Shown: positions 1 to 8,458 of the stretch, in pieces
How positions within the stretch are numbered: position 1 is the stretch's first letter
Layout: the number at the start of each line of letters is the position of its first letter
Assembly: GCA_964536205.1 (NCBI GenBank)
Contig: CAZHVT010000005.1
Location: 24,076-88,075 of the forward strand
Reading direction: 5' to 3'
DNA from: an uncultured Gammaproteobacteria bacterium
Lineage (GTDB): Bacteria; Patescibacteriota; Patescibacteriia; Magasanikbacterales; GCA-002688135
DNA length: 64,000 nt
Made by a program: the position numbers and the translations under genes
The notes under the pieces: generated by a model
What the model saw: the letters and a program-made list of their open reading frames with translations, nothing else
The model's database searches: none
What the model was told of the DNA's origin: nothing

Positions 1-894
1 TGCTGTGTCGTAGATTGCTCGATACACGCCATAGCAGATCGTTGCTGGTGCGCTCCATGGTTTGGCGCTCAACGCATTCTTCTTTTCTTTTGCATCTTCC
101 CCTTTTTGTACGATGATTTGGAGGCGTGTTTTTTTGCTTTCATTTTTCCAGATTGCCTTGAGACCGGCGTAGTGCAATGTCCAGAACATTGAAGATGGAG
201 AAAAGCTTATTGGATGCAGTAGATCAAAAAAGTGTGCTTTTGGTTTTTTGTAATCGTTTACATCTGGAACTTCGATGTAAAATACACCATTTGTTTTTAG
301 ATAATTTCGAGCAGTATTTAACATTTTTACCGGATACGGGAAATGCTCAAGCACGTGATGCATGACGATTGCGTCGTATTTTTTTTGTGTGTGAGTTTGT
401 GTGAAGGTTCCCCAATCCATGTTGTGAACTTCTAGATTGTATGTGCGACGCGCATGTTCTGCTTGTTCTTGCGATGGCTCTATCATTTCTAATTGTGCTT
501 CAAAATAATCTCGTAGATGTGCCGAAGCCATTCCTAATCCCCCACCGATCACTAAAATCTTATCTCCTTTTTTAATGTGAGGTTCGAGTGCTAGTGCGAT
601 TGAACCTGTTTTTTTGCTTGTGTCTTTTTTGAATTCGATTGTCTCTCCTTCTTTTTTTGATTCTCCTCGATTTGAAACGTAGAGGGTTTTGTAGAATTCA
701 TGATATCCGTTTTCTGTGGGGCGTGGATTTAAAAAGACGCATGAGCATCTTGTGCAAATAACATTTGTCATTGCGTATGGTTCACCAGCTTTTTCGATGA
801 TGCCGCGGTCTGCGATTTTTCGGAATTCAGTATGTGCGCAGACAGGACAGTTTTTTACTGATTCCATTTCGATTGTTTCTGGGATCTTTTGCAT
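1..894 (-). CDS. Class I SAM-dependent methyltransferase with an N-terminal Cys4 zinc ribbon. The ATG start is at 894. The 3' end runs off the window, so the C-terminus is missing.
   Basis: Manual reverse-strand translation gives an uninterrupted frame: MQKIPETIEMESVKNCPVCAHTEFRK...ICTRCSC...VIGGGLGMASAHL...DAIVMHHVLEHFPYP. It has the Gly-rich SAM motif and an acidic post-I motif. The ORF track omits it because no stop lies within the window. It is a paralogue of 8456..9409. Confidence 0.7.
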   Translation of the reverse strand, partial: MQKIPETIEMESVKNCPVCAHTEFRKIADRGIIEKAGEPYAMTNVICTRCSCVFLNPRPTENGYHEFYKTLYVSNRGESKKEGETIEFKKDTSKKTGSIALALEPHIKKGDKILVIGGGLGMASAHLRDYFEAQLEMIEPSQEQAEHARRTYNLEVHNMDWGTFTQTHTQKKYDAIVMHHVLEHFPYPVKMLNTARNYLKTNGVFYIEVPDVNDYKKPKAHFFDLLHPISFSPSSMFWTLHYAGLKAIWKNESKKTRLQIIVQKGEDAKEKKNALSAKPWSAPATICYGVYRAIYDTA

Positions 895-897
895 ATC

Positions 898-2244
898 TTA
901 ATGTGCCTCATCCTTACACAAAAAACTCTTTGTTGCAATAGTCATGCCATAAGCCGCAAATAGCGTTATAAATGGTGTGACTGGAATGCGTAATCGAGGC
1001 GTGTCTTTATTCATGGATGAAATGAGTGCGAAAAATAACATCATCAAAATTATAGTGATTGCGATTCCACGAGATACTTTGTCTTTGTGTGTTGTGAGAT
1101 ATTTCCAGAAACCGAATGCCATGAGTAAGAACATTGCCGCCCACCAGATGCGTCCACCGAAATATAGGAATGGATAGAAGATTTGAGATGGCGGATCGAG
1201 TTTGTAAAATAGCGTGCTGTATGATCGTGAGGCGGAGCTTTCTATAAAAAATACTCCCATCTTTTGTACGATCACTCGAGCGAGTAATGTATAATCTTGT
1301 GAAATGATTTCGCGAGCTTTTGTGTTGAGATAATCTTGATATTGAAATTCGAAAATGCCGTATTGGGCGAAAGATTGTTCTGGGGTGAGGTGCGGGAGTC
1401 CTGTGTAGTTTAAATCTTGTACGGCTTGCGTGACGAGACCTGCATATTTTTCTTCTCCTGGTTCATAGTATTCGAGGAATCGCGGTGCAGCGGTGAGGTA
1501 TGCGTTTGCGCCGGCTGTGGAGATTGGATTAAATGTTTTGTAATGATAGTAATTTCGAGCTGACCATGGCGTAATGACTGCGATTACCAACACCACATAC
1601 ACCACCGCATGCTTGATTGCGAATTTCTTTTTCCAGAATACAAAGAGGATCAGGAGGGCGAAAAGTGGGATTACTGGGATGAGGAATGGTCGGGTCATTA
1701 TTGCGAGACCAGCGGAAATAGCGGAGAGAGCTTTGAGTTTTGAGTTTTGAGTTTTGAGATATTTGATTAACCAGTAGATGCTTAAGGTGAAGAAAAGCAT
1801 GAATACAGTTTCTGACATGAGTTGTGATGCGTTGGTTAGTCGTCGTGCTTCAAGCATGAAAAGAATTGTTCCGATGAGCGCGATATTTTCTGAAATGAGT
1901 GATGAGCCGATTCTGTAAACTATCACCAAAACATATGCGGCGATGATGTTTTGGATTGCAACAACAAAAAATAGTGACCCTGAAATTCCGTAGAGCGCTG
2001 CGACGAATAATGGGTAGAGTGGTGTGCGGATAGTTTGCGGATCTAGATCTGGATGCATGTAAAATCCGCCGGTGTCGAGAAGGTTTTTTCCGAGATCAAA
2101 ATAAAGTTCTGCATCTGATGTCCACAAAAAACCGCCTGACGCGATAGTCATTGTAAGGTACAAGACAACAGACTGGACGATGAGCGCAAAAAAGAATATA
2201 CTTTTCTCACGTTTTGATTGAAATAGAGAATTCAATACTTTCAT
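898..2244 (-). CDS. Polytopic GT-C-fold membrane glycosyltransferase (PMT/ArnT-like). The preferred start is the ATG at 2244; the ORF track extends it to a TTG at 2268.
   Basis: Translation shows about 11 predicted TM helices and a loop-rich periplasmic region. The overall architecture is that of GT39/GT83 family proteins. It is embedded among glycosyltransferase genes. Confidence 0.55.
   Translation of the reverse strand: MKVLNSLFQSKREKSIFFFALIVQSVVLYLTMTIASGGFLWTSDAELYFDLGKNLLDTGGFYMHPDLDPQTIRTPLYPLFVAALYGISGSLFFVVAIQNIIAAYVLVIVYRIGSSLISENIALIGTILFMLEARRLTNASQLMSETVFMLFFTLSIYWLIKYLKTQNSKLKALSAISAGLAIMTRPFLIPVIPLFALLILFVFWKKKFAIKHAVVYVVLVIAVITPWSARNYYHYKTFNPISTAGANAYLTAAPRFLEYYEPGEEKYAGLVTQAVQDLNYTGLPHLTPEQSFAQYGIFEFQYQDYLNTKAREIISQDYTLLARVIVQKMGVFFIESSASRSYSTLFYKLDPPSQIFYPFLYFGGRIWWAAMFLLMAFGFWKYLTTHKDKVSRGIAITIILMMLFFALISSMNKDTPRLRIPVTPFITLFAAYGMTIATKSFLCKDEAH
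1735..1760. repeat. (GAGTTTT)3.5 heptanucleotide tandem repeat inside the GT-C gene. It encodes KLKTQNSKL.
   Basis: Direct reading of gagttttgagttttgagttttgag. Confidence 0.8.
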
Positions 2245-2853
2245 ATGTACGATAGACAATACTCCCAAAAAGTCTTACGAGATCGTAAAAACGATATCGT
2301 TATGAATTATGATGCAGTTGATGCTGTGCTTTTTGATTTGTTGGATGTTACTGATGAGCATTATGTGTTGGAGGTTGGGTGCGATGTGGGGTATACACAA
2401 CGAAAATTTGAATCTCAGGTCAAACGTTGTGTCGGGATTGATGTGAATGAATTTGCGATCGCGCAAAATCCATGTGCTGATGCTGTTGTGATGAGTGGTG
2501 TTTCAACTACGTTTCCAAATGCGTGTTTTGATCGTGTCTATTCCTCGCACACTATTGAGCACATCCATGAAATTAGAGAACATTTTGAAGAGGTTGCACG
2601 CATTCTCAAACCCGGAGGAAAATATGTTGCTGTGTATCCGTGGGAATTATTTCGTGGGATGGCTGCAGCACGTGCGGCGATTACCTTATACGGCAATCCT
2701 TTTAAATCCCGCGACATGCATGTACACAAATTATCTCCTAAGAAATTGGACAAAATTACAAAAGATCTGCCAATAACGCAGACCTATCATACACTGAAAT
2801 TCATGAACACACCACAGTGGGTTTCCGTGTGGGAGAAGGACAACCATCAATGA
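2245..2853 (+). CDS. Class I SAM-dependent methyltransferase (Methyltransf_11-like).
   Basis: Motif VLEVGCDVGY followed by an acidic D, and an HTIEHIHE motif. Its ATG abuts the ATG of the divergent GT-C gene; the two share the hexamer CATATG. Confidence 0.65.
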   Translation: MYDRQYSQKVLRDRKNDIVMNYDAVDAVLFDLLDVTDEHYVLEVGCDVGYTQRKFESQVKRCVGIDVNEFAIAQNPCADAVVMSGVSTTFPNACFDRVYSSHTIEHIHEIREHFEEVARILKPGGKYVAVYPWELFRGMAAARAAITLYGNPFKSRDMHVHKLSPKKLDKITKDLPITQTYHTLKFMNTPQWVSVWEKDNHQ

Positions 2854-2924
2854 TTCAGATAGCTGCAGCTACTAGACTAACCCATCAGCTTAGCTTGTCT
2901 GAAGTAAATGCAATTCTAAATGAT

Positions 2925-3665
2925 TTACCCCCTGTTTGCATCTTTTGATTCAACGAAGCTAGATTTCATTTTATTAAGATTTGCAAGTACTGAATCTCTT
3001 TCTGCAGGAACCACATAAATTTCAAGTAGTATCCTCTTTAGTAATTCTATTAAAAATCTTATTTTGTTTGAATCCCATGCCTCCCATGACTCTTCATGCA
3101 CCTTATCGCTTGACATCTCCTGAATTTGTCCTAGTGCATCAATTAATTCTGGTGTGATATGAGGCAGCTTTTGCTTTAGTTTTTTGACACTTGCTTTATA
3201 GTCTGTCCTTCCTGTTTTTTCAACGATTACAATACTATTTTCTCTATGCATCAGTTCATAAATACTCTTTCGCAGACATGCGGAAGCGCCAGTCAGCATA
3301 TTTGCCTTTCTTGAATTTTCAGCTTCGGACACTAACTCTCGAATCCCTTTAGGGATGCGCTGATCGAGTGTAAAAAATGATGAAGGTTGTGAATAGAAAA
3401 CTGCCATGTCAATATCAATATCTTGAAAACGATTCATACTGCGATTCATAACATCCGTCTTAATGATCTGACTGTGTGCAAAGTGCACAGATATCTTGTC
3501 ACATGATTCACATTTCACAAAGTAGGTATAGCACTTGCTTTCATGAGACCAGTCGAATGACCTATCGTCGATCAACGTGTAGCTAACATTACCTCTCTTG
3601 CAAAAGGGACAGTTATATACATGTGGGTCAATAAAATATTTTTTATCTAGATGAGATAAATTCAT
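2925..3665 (-). CDS. Hypothetical protein with an N-terminal CxxC...CxxC zinc ribbon and a DUF4145-like C-terminal alpha-helical domain. It sits in a low-GC islet.
   Basis: N-terminal YNCPFCKRG...KCESCDK motif and C-terminal IPKGIRELVSEAENSRKANMLTGASACLRKSIYEL segment. Local GC is about 33%, against about 42% in the flanks. Confidence 0.5.
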   Translation of the reverse strand: MNLSHLDKKYFIDPHVYNCPFCKRGNVSYTLIDDRSFDWSHESKCYTYFVKCESCDKISVHFAHSQIIKTDVMNRSMNRFQDIDIDMAVFYSQPSSFFTLDQRIPKGIRELVSEAENSRKANMLTGASACLRKSIYELMHRENSIVIVEKTGRTDYKASVKKLKQKLPHITPELIDALGQIQEMSSDKVHEESWEAWDSNKIRFLIELLKRILLEIYVVPAERDSVLANLNKMKSSFVESKDANRG

Positions 3666-3669
3666 ATAT

Positions 3670-4401
3670 CTACTCTACAGAATTTTCAATTTGTTTTTTA
3701 CGGATATCGGTAAACCGAATGCGCAGGGCGAAAGGGACGTAACGCATGCGTTTCCATGTGTTTATTTTTGAGACGCCTTCTGTGCGGGATTTCCACCATG
3801 TTGGGATTTCGATGTATTTGTATCCGAGACGCAGCGGCTTGAGTGTTGTTTCCATGGCGATCTCGTGCATTTCTCCCCACCAATCTACTTCGTTGATTAA
3901 TTTTGCATTGAATAGTTTGAAGCCGTATGTGAGATCTCGGACTGGTGTCCAAAAGACGATTCTGAAAATTGTTTGGAAGCCGCGATTTAATACATAGGTA
4001 AGATTATCATACCCTTTTACTCCCCCGCCTGGCATCCAGCGAGTTGGTAGAACTAAATCATATCCGTCTGCTGCAGCTTGTACCATTTTAGGAACGGTAT
4101 CTAAATCCATTTCGTCATCTGCATCAATCACTAGTACATGCGTCCCAGTTACGTGCGGGAATACTTGTTTGTATGCATGTCCTAATCCTGGTACAACTTT
4201 TTGAATCATTACTTTTATCTCGGCATATTCACTCGCCAATTTCTGACACATATTCAAACATTCCACAGATGACTGCGGCGCGACAATGAAAAATATTTCA
4301 TGAATGTTTTCTCCGATTCGGTCGTATAAGCCCTCGACTACTGTCTTGAGAGATTCTACTTCTGACCAGATGGGGATGATGATTGAAACCGAAGGTTTCA
4401 T
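3670..4401 (-). CDS. GT2 glycosyltransferase, DPM1/ArnC-like polyprenyl-phosphate sugar synthase type.
   Basis: VSIIIPIWSE...VIDADDEMD motifs (DxD). Confidence 0.75.
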   Translation of the reverse strand: MKPSVSIIIPIWSEVESLKTVVEGLYDRIGENIHEIFFIVAPQSSVECLNMCQKLASEYAEIKVMIQKVVPGLGHAYKQVFPHVTGTHVLVIDADDEMDLDTVPKMVQAAADGYDLVLPTRWMPGGGVKGYDNLTYVLNRGFQTIFRIVFWTPVRDLTYGFKLFNAKLINEVDWWGEMHEIAMETTLKPLRLGYKYIEIPTWWKSRTEGVSKINTWKRMRYVPFALRIRFTDIRKKQIENSVE

Positions 4402-4403
4402 AT

Positions 4404-4470
4404 AGCGTTTAGCGTTTAGCGTTTAGCGTTTAGAAGCGAGACTAATCGCTAAACGCTTTACGCTAATCGC
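4404..4470. repeat. Intergenic element of family A: (AGCGTTT)4 followed by the small hairpin AGCGA-N6-TCGCT and AAACGCTTTACGCTAATCGCTC. It abuts the ATG of the GT2 gene.
   Basis: Direct reading. Near-identical copies occur at 5446..5514, and the heptamer array recurs at 21714..21740. Confidence 0.85.
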
Positions 4471-4473
4471 TCA

Positions 4474-5445
4474 TTAATGTTTCTTCTTAGCGTCTGCGAC
4501 GTCCTTATTTGCTTTGTACCACGATGCTGTATTTGCCAATCCTTGCTTGAGTGTAAATTCTGGTTGCCAATTTAAGTGCTCTTTCATGCGTGTTACATCG
4601 AGTACTTTTTTCATTTGGCCGTCTGGTTTTTCTGTGAGCCATTTGAGTCGTCCGCGAAATCCTGTAACTTCTGCGATTGTTTCGGCGAGTTCTTTGATGG
4701 AATTTCCTTGACCAGTTGTAATATTGATTGGCTCATGAGAATCATACAGAGCTGTTGCGCGAATAATTCCTTGCGCGGCATCTTTTACATACAAGAAATT
4801 TCGTGTTGGTTTTCCTGATCCCCACACCTCTACTTCGTCTTTGTTTTCCAGAACTGCTTCGGTGAATCTTCGAATGAGTGCACCAACCACATGGGATGAT
4901 TCTGGATTGAAATTATCCCCTTCCCCATACATGTTTGTGAGAATGAGGAAGTTTGCATTTAATCCGTATTGTTTGTTGTATGCCCATGCTTGCACGGATA
5001 GGAAGCGTTTTACCATGCCGTAATCGATTGCAGATGCATGTGGCTTTCCAGTAAATAAATCATCTTCTGACAATACTTCTTTTCCGAGATATCCTGGATA
5101 GGCACAGTCTGATCCGATGATGACAACTTTTTCTACATCACATAAATGAGCCGCGTGCATGACATTCATTCCCATCATGGTGTTTTCGTAAAACATTTTT
5201 GCGGGATATGCTTCATGAATTGGTGGGCCGCCATACCATGCTGCTGCGTGAATGATGACATGTGGTTTGCTTTGACGAATACATGCCAATGCATCATCTT
5301 GGCTCGTTAAGTCGTAATTCTTTTTGCGAGGTACTAAAATTTCACAATCAAAACCTGCAAGTTGTTTGATTATCTCGCTACCCAAAAATCCGGCACCGCC
5401 GGTGATCATGACTTTTTTTCCGGAGTAGAATGATTTTAATTGCAT
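4474..5445 (-). CDS. fcl: GDP-L-fucose synthase (GDP-4-keto-6-deoxymannose 3,5-epimerase/4-reductase).
   Basis: Rossmann motif ITGGAGFLGS and SDR catalytic YxxxK. Extended similarity to Fcl/WcaG: NVMHAAHLCDVEKVVIIGSDCAYP, FNPESSHVVGALIRRF, VEVWGSGKPTRNFLYVKD, LDVTRMKEHLNWQPEF. Confidence 0.7.
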   Translation of the reverse strand: MQLKSFYSGKKVMITGGAGFLGSEIIKQLAGFDCEILVPRKKNYDLTSQDDALACIRQSKPHVIIHAAAWYGGPPIHEAYPAKMFYENTMMGMNVMHAAHLCDVEKVVIIGSDCAYPGYLGKEVLSEDDLFTGKPHASAIDYGMVKRFLSVQAWAYNKQYGLNANFLILTNMYGEGDNFNPESSHVVGALIRRFTEAVLENKDEVEVWGSGKPTRNFLYVKDAAQGIIRATALYDSHEPINITTGQGNSIKELAETIAEVTGFRGRLKWLTEKPDGQMKKVLDVTRMKEHLNWQPEFTLKQGLANTASWYKANKDVADAKKKH

Positions 5446-5514
5446 AGCGTTTAGCGTTTAGCGTTTAGCGTTTAGAAGCGACCCTCATCGCTAAACGCTG
5501 TACGCTAATCGCTC
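5446..5514. repeat. Second copy of intergenic element family A: (AGCGTTT)4 plus the AGCGA-N6-TCGCT hairpin carrying a different loop. It abuts the fcl start.
   Basis: Direct reading. It matches 4404..4470; only the loop differs, and the stem is preserved. Confidence 0.85.
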
Positions 5515-6453
5515 TTAAATGTTTGAGTATGGATTAGGGATGGTGACGATTTCCAATGCATCCATCAACTCACGTAATCCAGTATCCATTGAAATTTTCG
5601 TTTCAAATCCTGTTGCGCGAATTTTTTGATAATTTACTTCGTAGTCACGTTGATCTTGATCTTTCGCGAATTCTGCAAAGTGAAGATAAAACGGCACGCG
5701 TGCGCGAATTTTGTTTACAATATCTTCTTTTGTGTAGTTCATTGTTTCGTGCCCGACGTTGTAGGTTTGTCCTTTCATCTCTTCGTATTTTTCTAGACCG
5801 TGAATGAACACACGTGCAATATCCCTCACATGGATAAATGTTCTACGGAAATGCTTTTCGTACACAATAAGATGCTTGGTATGAATTGCTTGGTACACAA
5901 AATCATTAATCATCAAATCCATGCGCAATCGCCCTGCCAAACCAAACGCAGTTGCAAATCGATAAATGATTGGGGTGCAATGTTCTTTTAAAATATTCTC
6001 TGCATCGAGTTTGTTTTTTCCGTAGATGGTAAGTGGGTTTGCAACAGTCTCTTCTGTACATGTTTCACCAATCGCTCCATATACAGAACCTGTTGATGCA
6101 AATTGAATAGTTTGATGAGGCTGGACAGCGCGTGCAACATTTTCTGTTCCTATCACATTCACCTCATGCGCCAATCGTTCGTCTTTTCGACATGCTGGAT
6201 ATCCGACGATCGCAGCGAGATGAATAACGTGATCTGCTTGTCCAACCAATTTATCTACTAGAACACGATCCTTTATATCACCTCTTACAAACTGAAAATG
6301 GTTGCTGTAGAAATTTTGCAAAATGCAGCGACCGTTGTTGTACAACAGATTATCTAGCACAGTTACTTCGTATCCTTTGCTCAAAAGCTCGGGGACCAAT
6401 ACAGATCCCACATATCCTGCTCCTCCAGTTACGAGTACTCGTTTTCTTTCCAT
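5515..6453 (-). CDS. NAD-dependent epimerase/dehydratase of the extended SDR family. It acts on a nucleotide sugar, but its specificity is not assignable from sequence.
   Basis: Rossmann motif VLVTGGAGYVGS and catalytic Y..K (YGKNK). Confidence 0.7.
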   Translation of the reverse strand: MERKRVLVTGGAGYVGSVLVPELLSKGYEVTVLDNLLYNNGRCILQNFYSNHFQFVRGDIKDRVLVDKLVGQADHVIHLAAIVGYPACRKDERLAHEVNVIGTENVARAVQPHQTIQFASTGSVYGAIGETCTEETVANPLTIYGKNKLDAENILKEHCTPIIYRFATAFGLAGRLRMDLMINDFVYQAIHTKHLIVYEKHFRRTFIHVRDIARVFIHGLEKYEEMKGQTYNVGHETMNYTKEDIVNKIRARVPFYLHFAEFAKDQDQRDYEVNYQKIRATGFETKISMDTGLRELMDALEIVTIPNPYSNI

Positions 6454-6454
6454 A

Positions 6455-6537
6455 TGTTAACGTTGTACGTCGTACGTTGTACGTTCTACGATCTTGCTAA
6501 GTGGCAGCTAGAACGTAGAACGTAGAACGTAGAACGA
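6455..6537. repeat. Intergenic heptamer element: (TAGAACG)4 with inverted partners CGTTCTACG and CGTTGTACG upstream. It is predicted to form a hairpin.
   Basis: Direct reading. It has the same architecture as family A (four 7-mers plus an inverted partner) but a different sequence. Confidence 0.8.
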
Positions 6538-8385
6538 TTATAGTTTAAATCCCCCTTGATTGATTTTATATATTTGGATGTCTTGCTCATCGTAGACTTG
6601 TTCGAGAAATTCATAATCCAATTCTTTCATGCCGAGTGCTCGCTCATATGGCCCGACATAGAGATAGTCCATACGATACGGCTCAAGTAGTTTCTCATCC
6701 TCTGGTAAGGTTTGATATTGCGATAAGATTTTTTCAATCGCTTCATCTGGAATGAATAATTGTCGACCCTCATCAAATGCACCCAAACCTTTTTTCCAGA
6801 AGTACGTATCAAAGAGGAAAATGGCTGTTGCATTTTCTGAATCAAGAGCAAAGCTGTCGATATTTTTATGTTCTTTTTTGAGGGAGGTCATTAATGTTGC
6901 TTCAGGAATACCATAGAGCTTTGAAATGGTCAACCAACGTCCGACAACTTCTGATAGTGGTGCTGCTGAAGTTACAGCGAGTGGCTGGATAGAATGCGCT
7001 CCGGTGTACACAGGAATGAGACTGTTTGTTGTTGCAGATGGAGATGCGACGACACTATTTGTTGGAATATTTTCATCAACCCACTCCAGTGAATTTCTAA
7101 CATGTTCTGGCATGATTGATGATTCTTGAAAGTGGGTTCCTGAAATGAATTCTGCCTGCACGCCTCGCGTGATGATCAGTAGTGATGCAATCACCAATAC
7201 TACTGATCCAGCTTTTTTTAACCATGCTGTTTTAAGACTGTGTGTGATGAATAGATGTGCGATGACGAGAAATGCTGCTGCGTATCCCAAGTAAAATTGA
7301 TGTACCGGCCAGACTGGAGGATGTGGATTGAATCCGAGAATGATTTGCATGTTGAGAATACCAATTCCAGAGAGCACTAATGAAGCGATCACCGTAGCAT
7401 CTGGAATGCGTTTTTCTGCTTTCCCCCATTTCCACACACCGTATGCCAAAATGAGCATGAGTAGATATTGAGGCCATGCGCTGAATCGAAAGCTGTGCGT
7501 GAATTCTGCACCAAGTCGTTCTACTAATTCTTGTGCATGTGGGAGCGCTTGAATTGATAGATAGTTTGTGATGTATGGAGCACTCAAAAGGGTTGCTAAA
7601 AGAACAAGCTTAAAAAATGTTTTTGCGCGATGTGTGTCAGTTTGTAAGAAGTACCATACAACCATGACAGCGACTCCTGCGAATATGTACATCGCATCTG
7701 TGACATACATGTGTGTGAGTGCCGCCATCGCCAGTGCCGTGAGCCAGAACCATTTTTTTGATGTTGGGTTTGATGCGAGTTTCAGTAATCCGAGTAGTGA
7801 AAATACAAATACCGGCCATGTAGGGAATACGGAAAAGCTCACATATCTACTCATGACAATATCCCCCGGTGGTGATCCCAACCAAAATGATCGTGCCAAC
7901 ACGCGCAAACCTTCCATGTCGACTGGCAAAATAAATAGTACAATGAGCGTTGCGTTTACAAACACAAAGGATGAGATGAGCGCCCACCAATGAGATTTTG
8001 TGAGGTGCTTTGCAATGGCGTATGCTGCAACAAATACGAGCGCCGCAGAAATAATTGTGCCTAACAGAAATGCAACAGACATGTTTTTTGTGAGTGCAAC
8101 AATTGGGTACCCAACAACAGGTGATAACATCGACCATAAACTCGGCCCAGCCACCCATTCAAGCACGCGTCCATCTGTAACATATAATCCCCCATCCATG
8201 ACTTGTCTGAAAATTGGTGCGAGATTTGAGAGTGGATCTATTTGTTGAAAAGTAAAAAAGTTGAATGGCTCACCTTGCTGCAGTTGATACCACCACATAG
8301 TGAGATAGCGACCGACAAAAAGAAAACCAGCGATTGTTGCCGCTAATATAATCTGTAGCGTTTTGTTGGTTAGTGGGTTTTTCAT
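6538..8385 (-). CDS. Polytopic membrane protein, GT-C-like, with a soluble C-terminal domain. It is a paralogue of the C-terminal half of the 13851..16355 protein.
   Basis: About 12 TM segments. The C-terminus (DYLYVGPYERALG...VYDEQDIQIYKI) aligns with the C-terminus of the 843-aa protein (NYIYNGPHEKFLG...VYSEGQVDIYKI). Confidence 0.5.
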   Translation of the reverse strand: MKNPLTNKTLQIILAATIAGFLFVGRYLTMWWYQLQQGEPFNFFTFQQIDPLSNLAPIFRQVMDGGLYVTDGRVLEWVAGPSLWSMLSPVVGYPIVALTKNMSVAFLLGTIISAALVFVAAYAIAKHLTKSHWWALISSFVFVNATLIVLFILPVDMEGLRVLARSFWLGSPPGDIVMSRYVSFSVFPTWPVFVFSLLGLLKLASNPTSKKWFWLTALAMAALTHMYVTDAMYIFAGVAVMVVWYFLQTDTHRAKTFFKLVLLATLLSAPYITNYLSIQALPHAQELVERLGAEFTHSFRFSAWPQYLLMLILAYGVWKWGKAEKRIPDATVIASLVLSGIGILNMQIILGFNPHPPVWPVHQFYLGYAAAFLVIAHLFITHSLKTAWLKKAGSVVLVIASLLIITRGVQAEFISGTHFQESSIMPEHVRNSLEWVDENIPTNSVVASPSATTNSLIPVYTGAHSIQPLAVTSAAPLSEVVGRWLTISKLYGIPEATLMTSLKKEHKNIDSFALDSENATAIFLFDTYFWKKGLGAFDEGRQLFIPDEAIEKILSQYQTLPEDEKLLEPYRMDYLYVGPYERALGMKELDYEFLEQVYDEQDIQIYKINQGGFKL

Positions 8386-8388
8386 GGT

Positions 8389-8458
8389 TTCGTAATGAGT
8401 AAAGCGGGTCGTGACCTTGAGATCGCTTTACGCTTTACTCATTACGCTTTACGACTTA
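8389..8458. repeat. Intergenic palindromic element of family B: a perfect 16-bp inverted repeat, CGTAATGAGTAAAGCG / CGCTTTACTCATTACG, around a GGTCGTGACC core. It also carries CGCTTTAC repeats.
   Basis: Direct reading. Related copies occur at 10561..10653 and 32890..33010. Confidence 0.85.

Noticed and set aside
177-365. Small plus-strand ORFs (177..365, 716..901 and many others of 60-150 aa) antisense to long minus-strand genes.
   Set aside because: They fall entirely within well-supported genes on the opposite strand, which have clear family motifs. They are low-complexity, with no start or Shine-Dalgarno context.
4404-6537. Possible CRISPR array, suggested by the short tandem repeats.
   Set aside because: The units are 7 nt and directly adjacent with no unique spacers. 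No cas genes are nearby. They are heptamer arrays, not CRISPR repeats.
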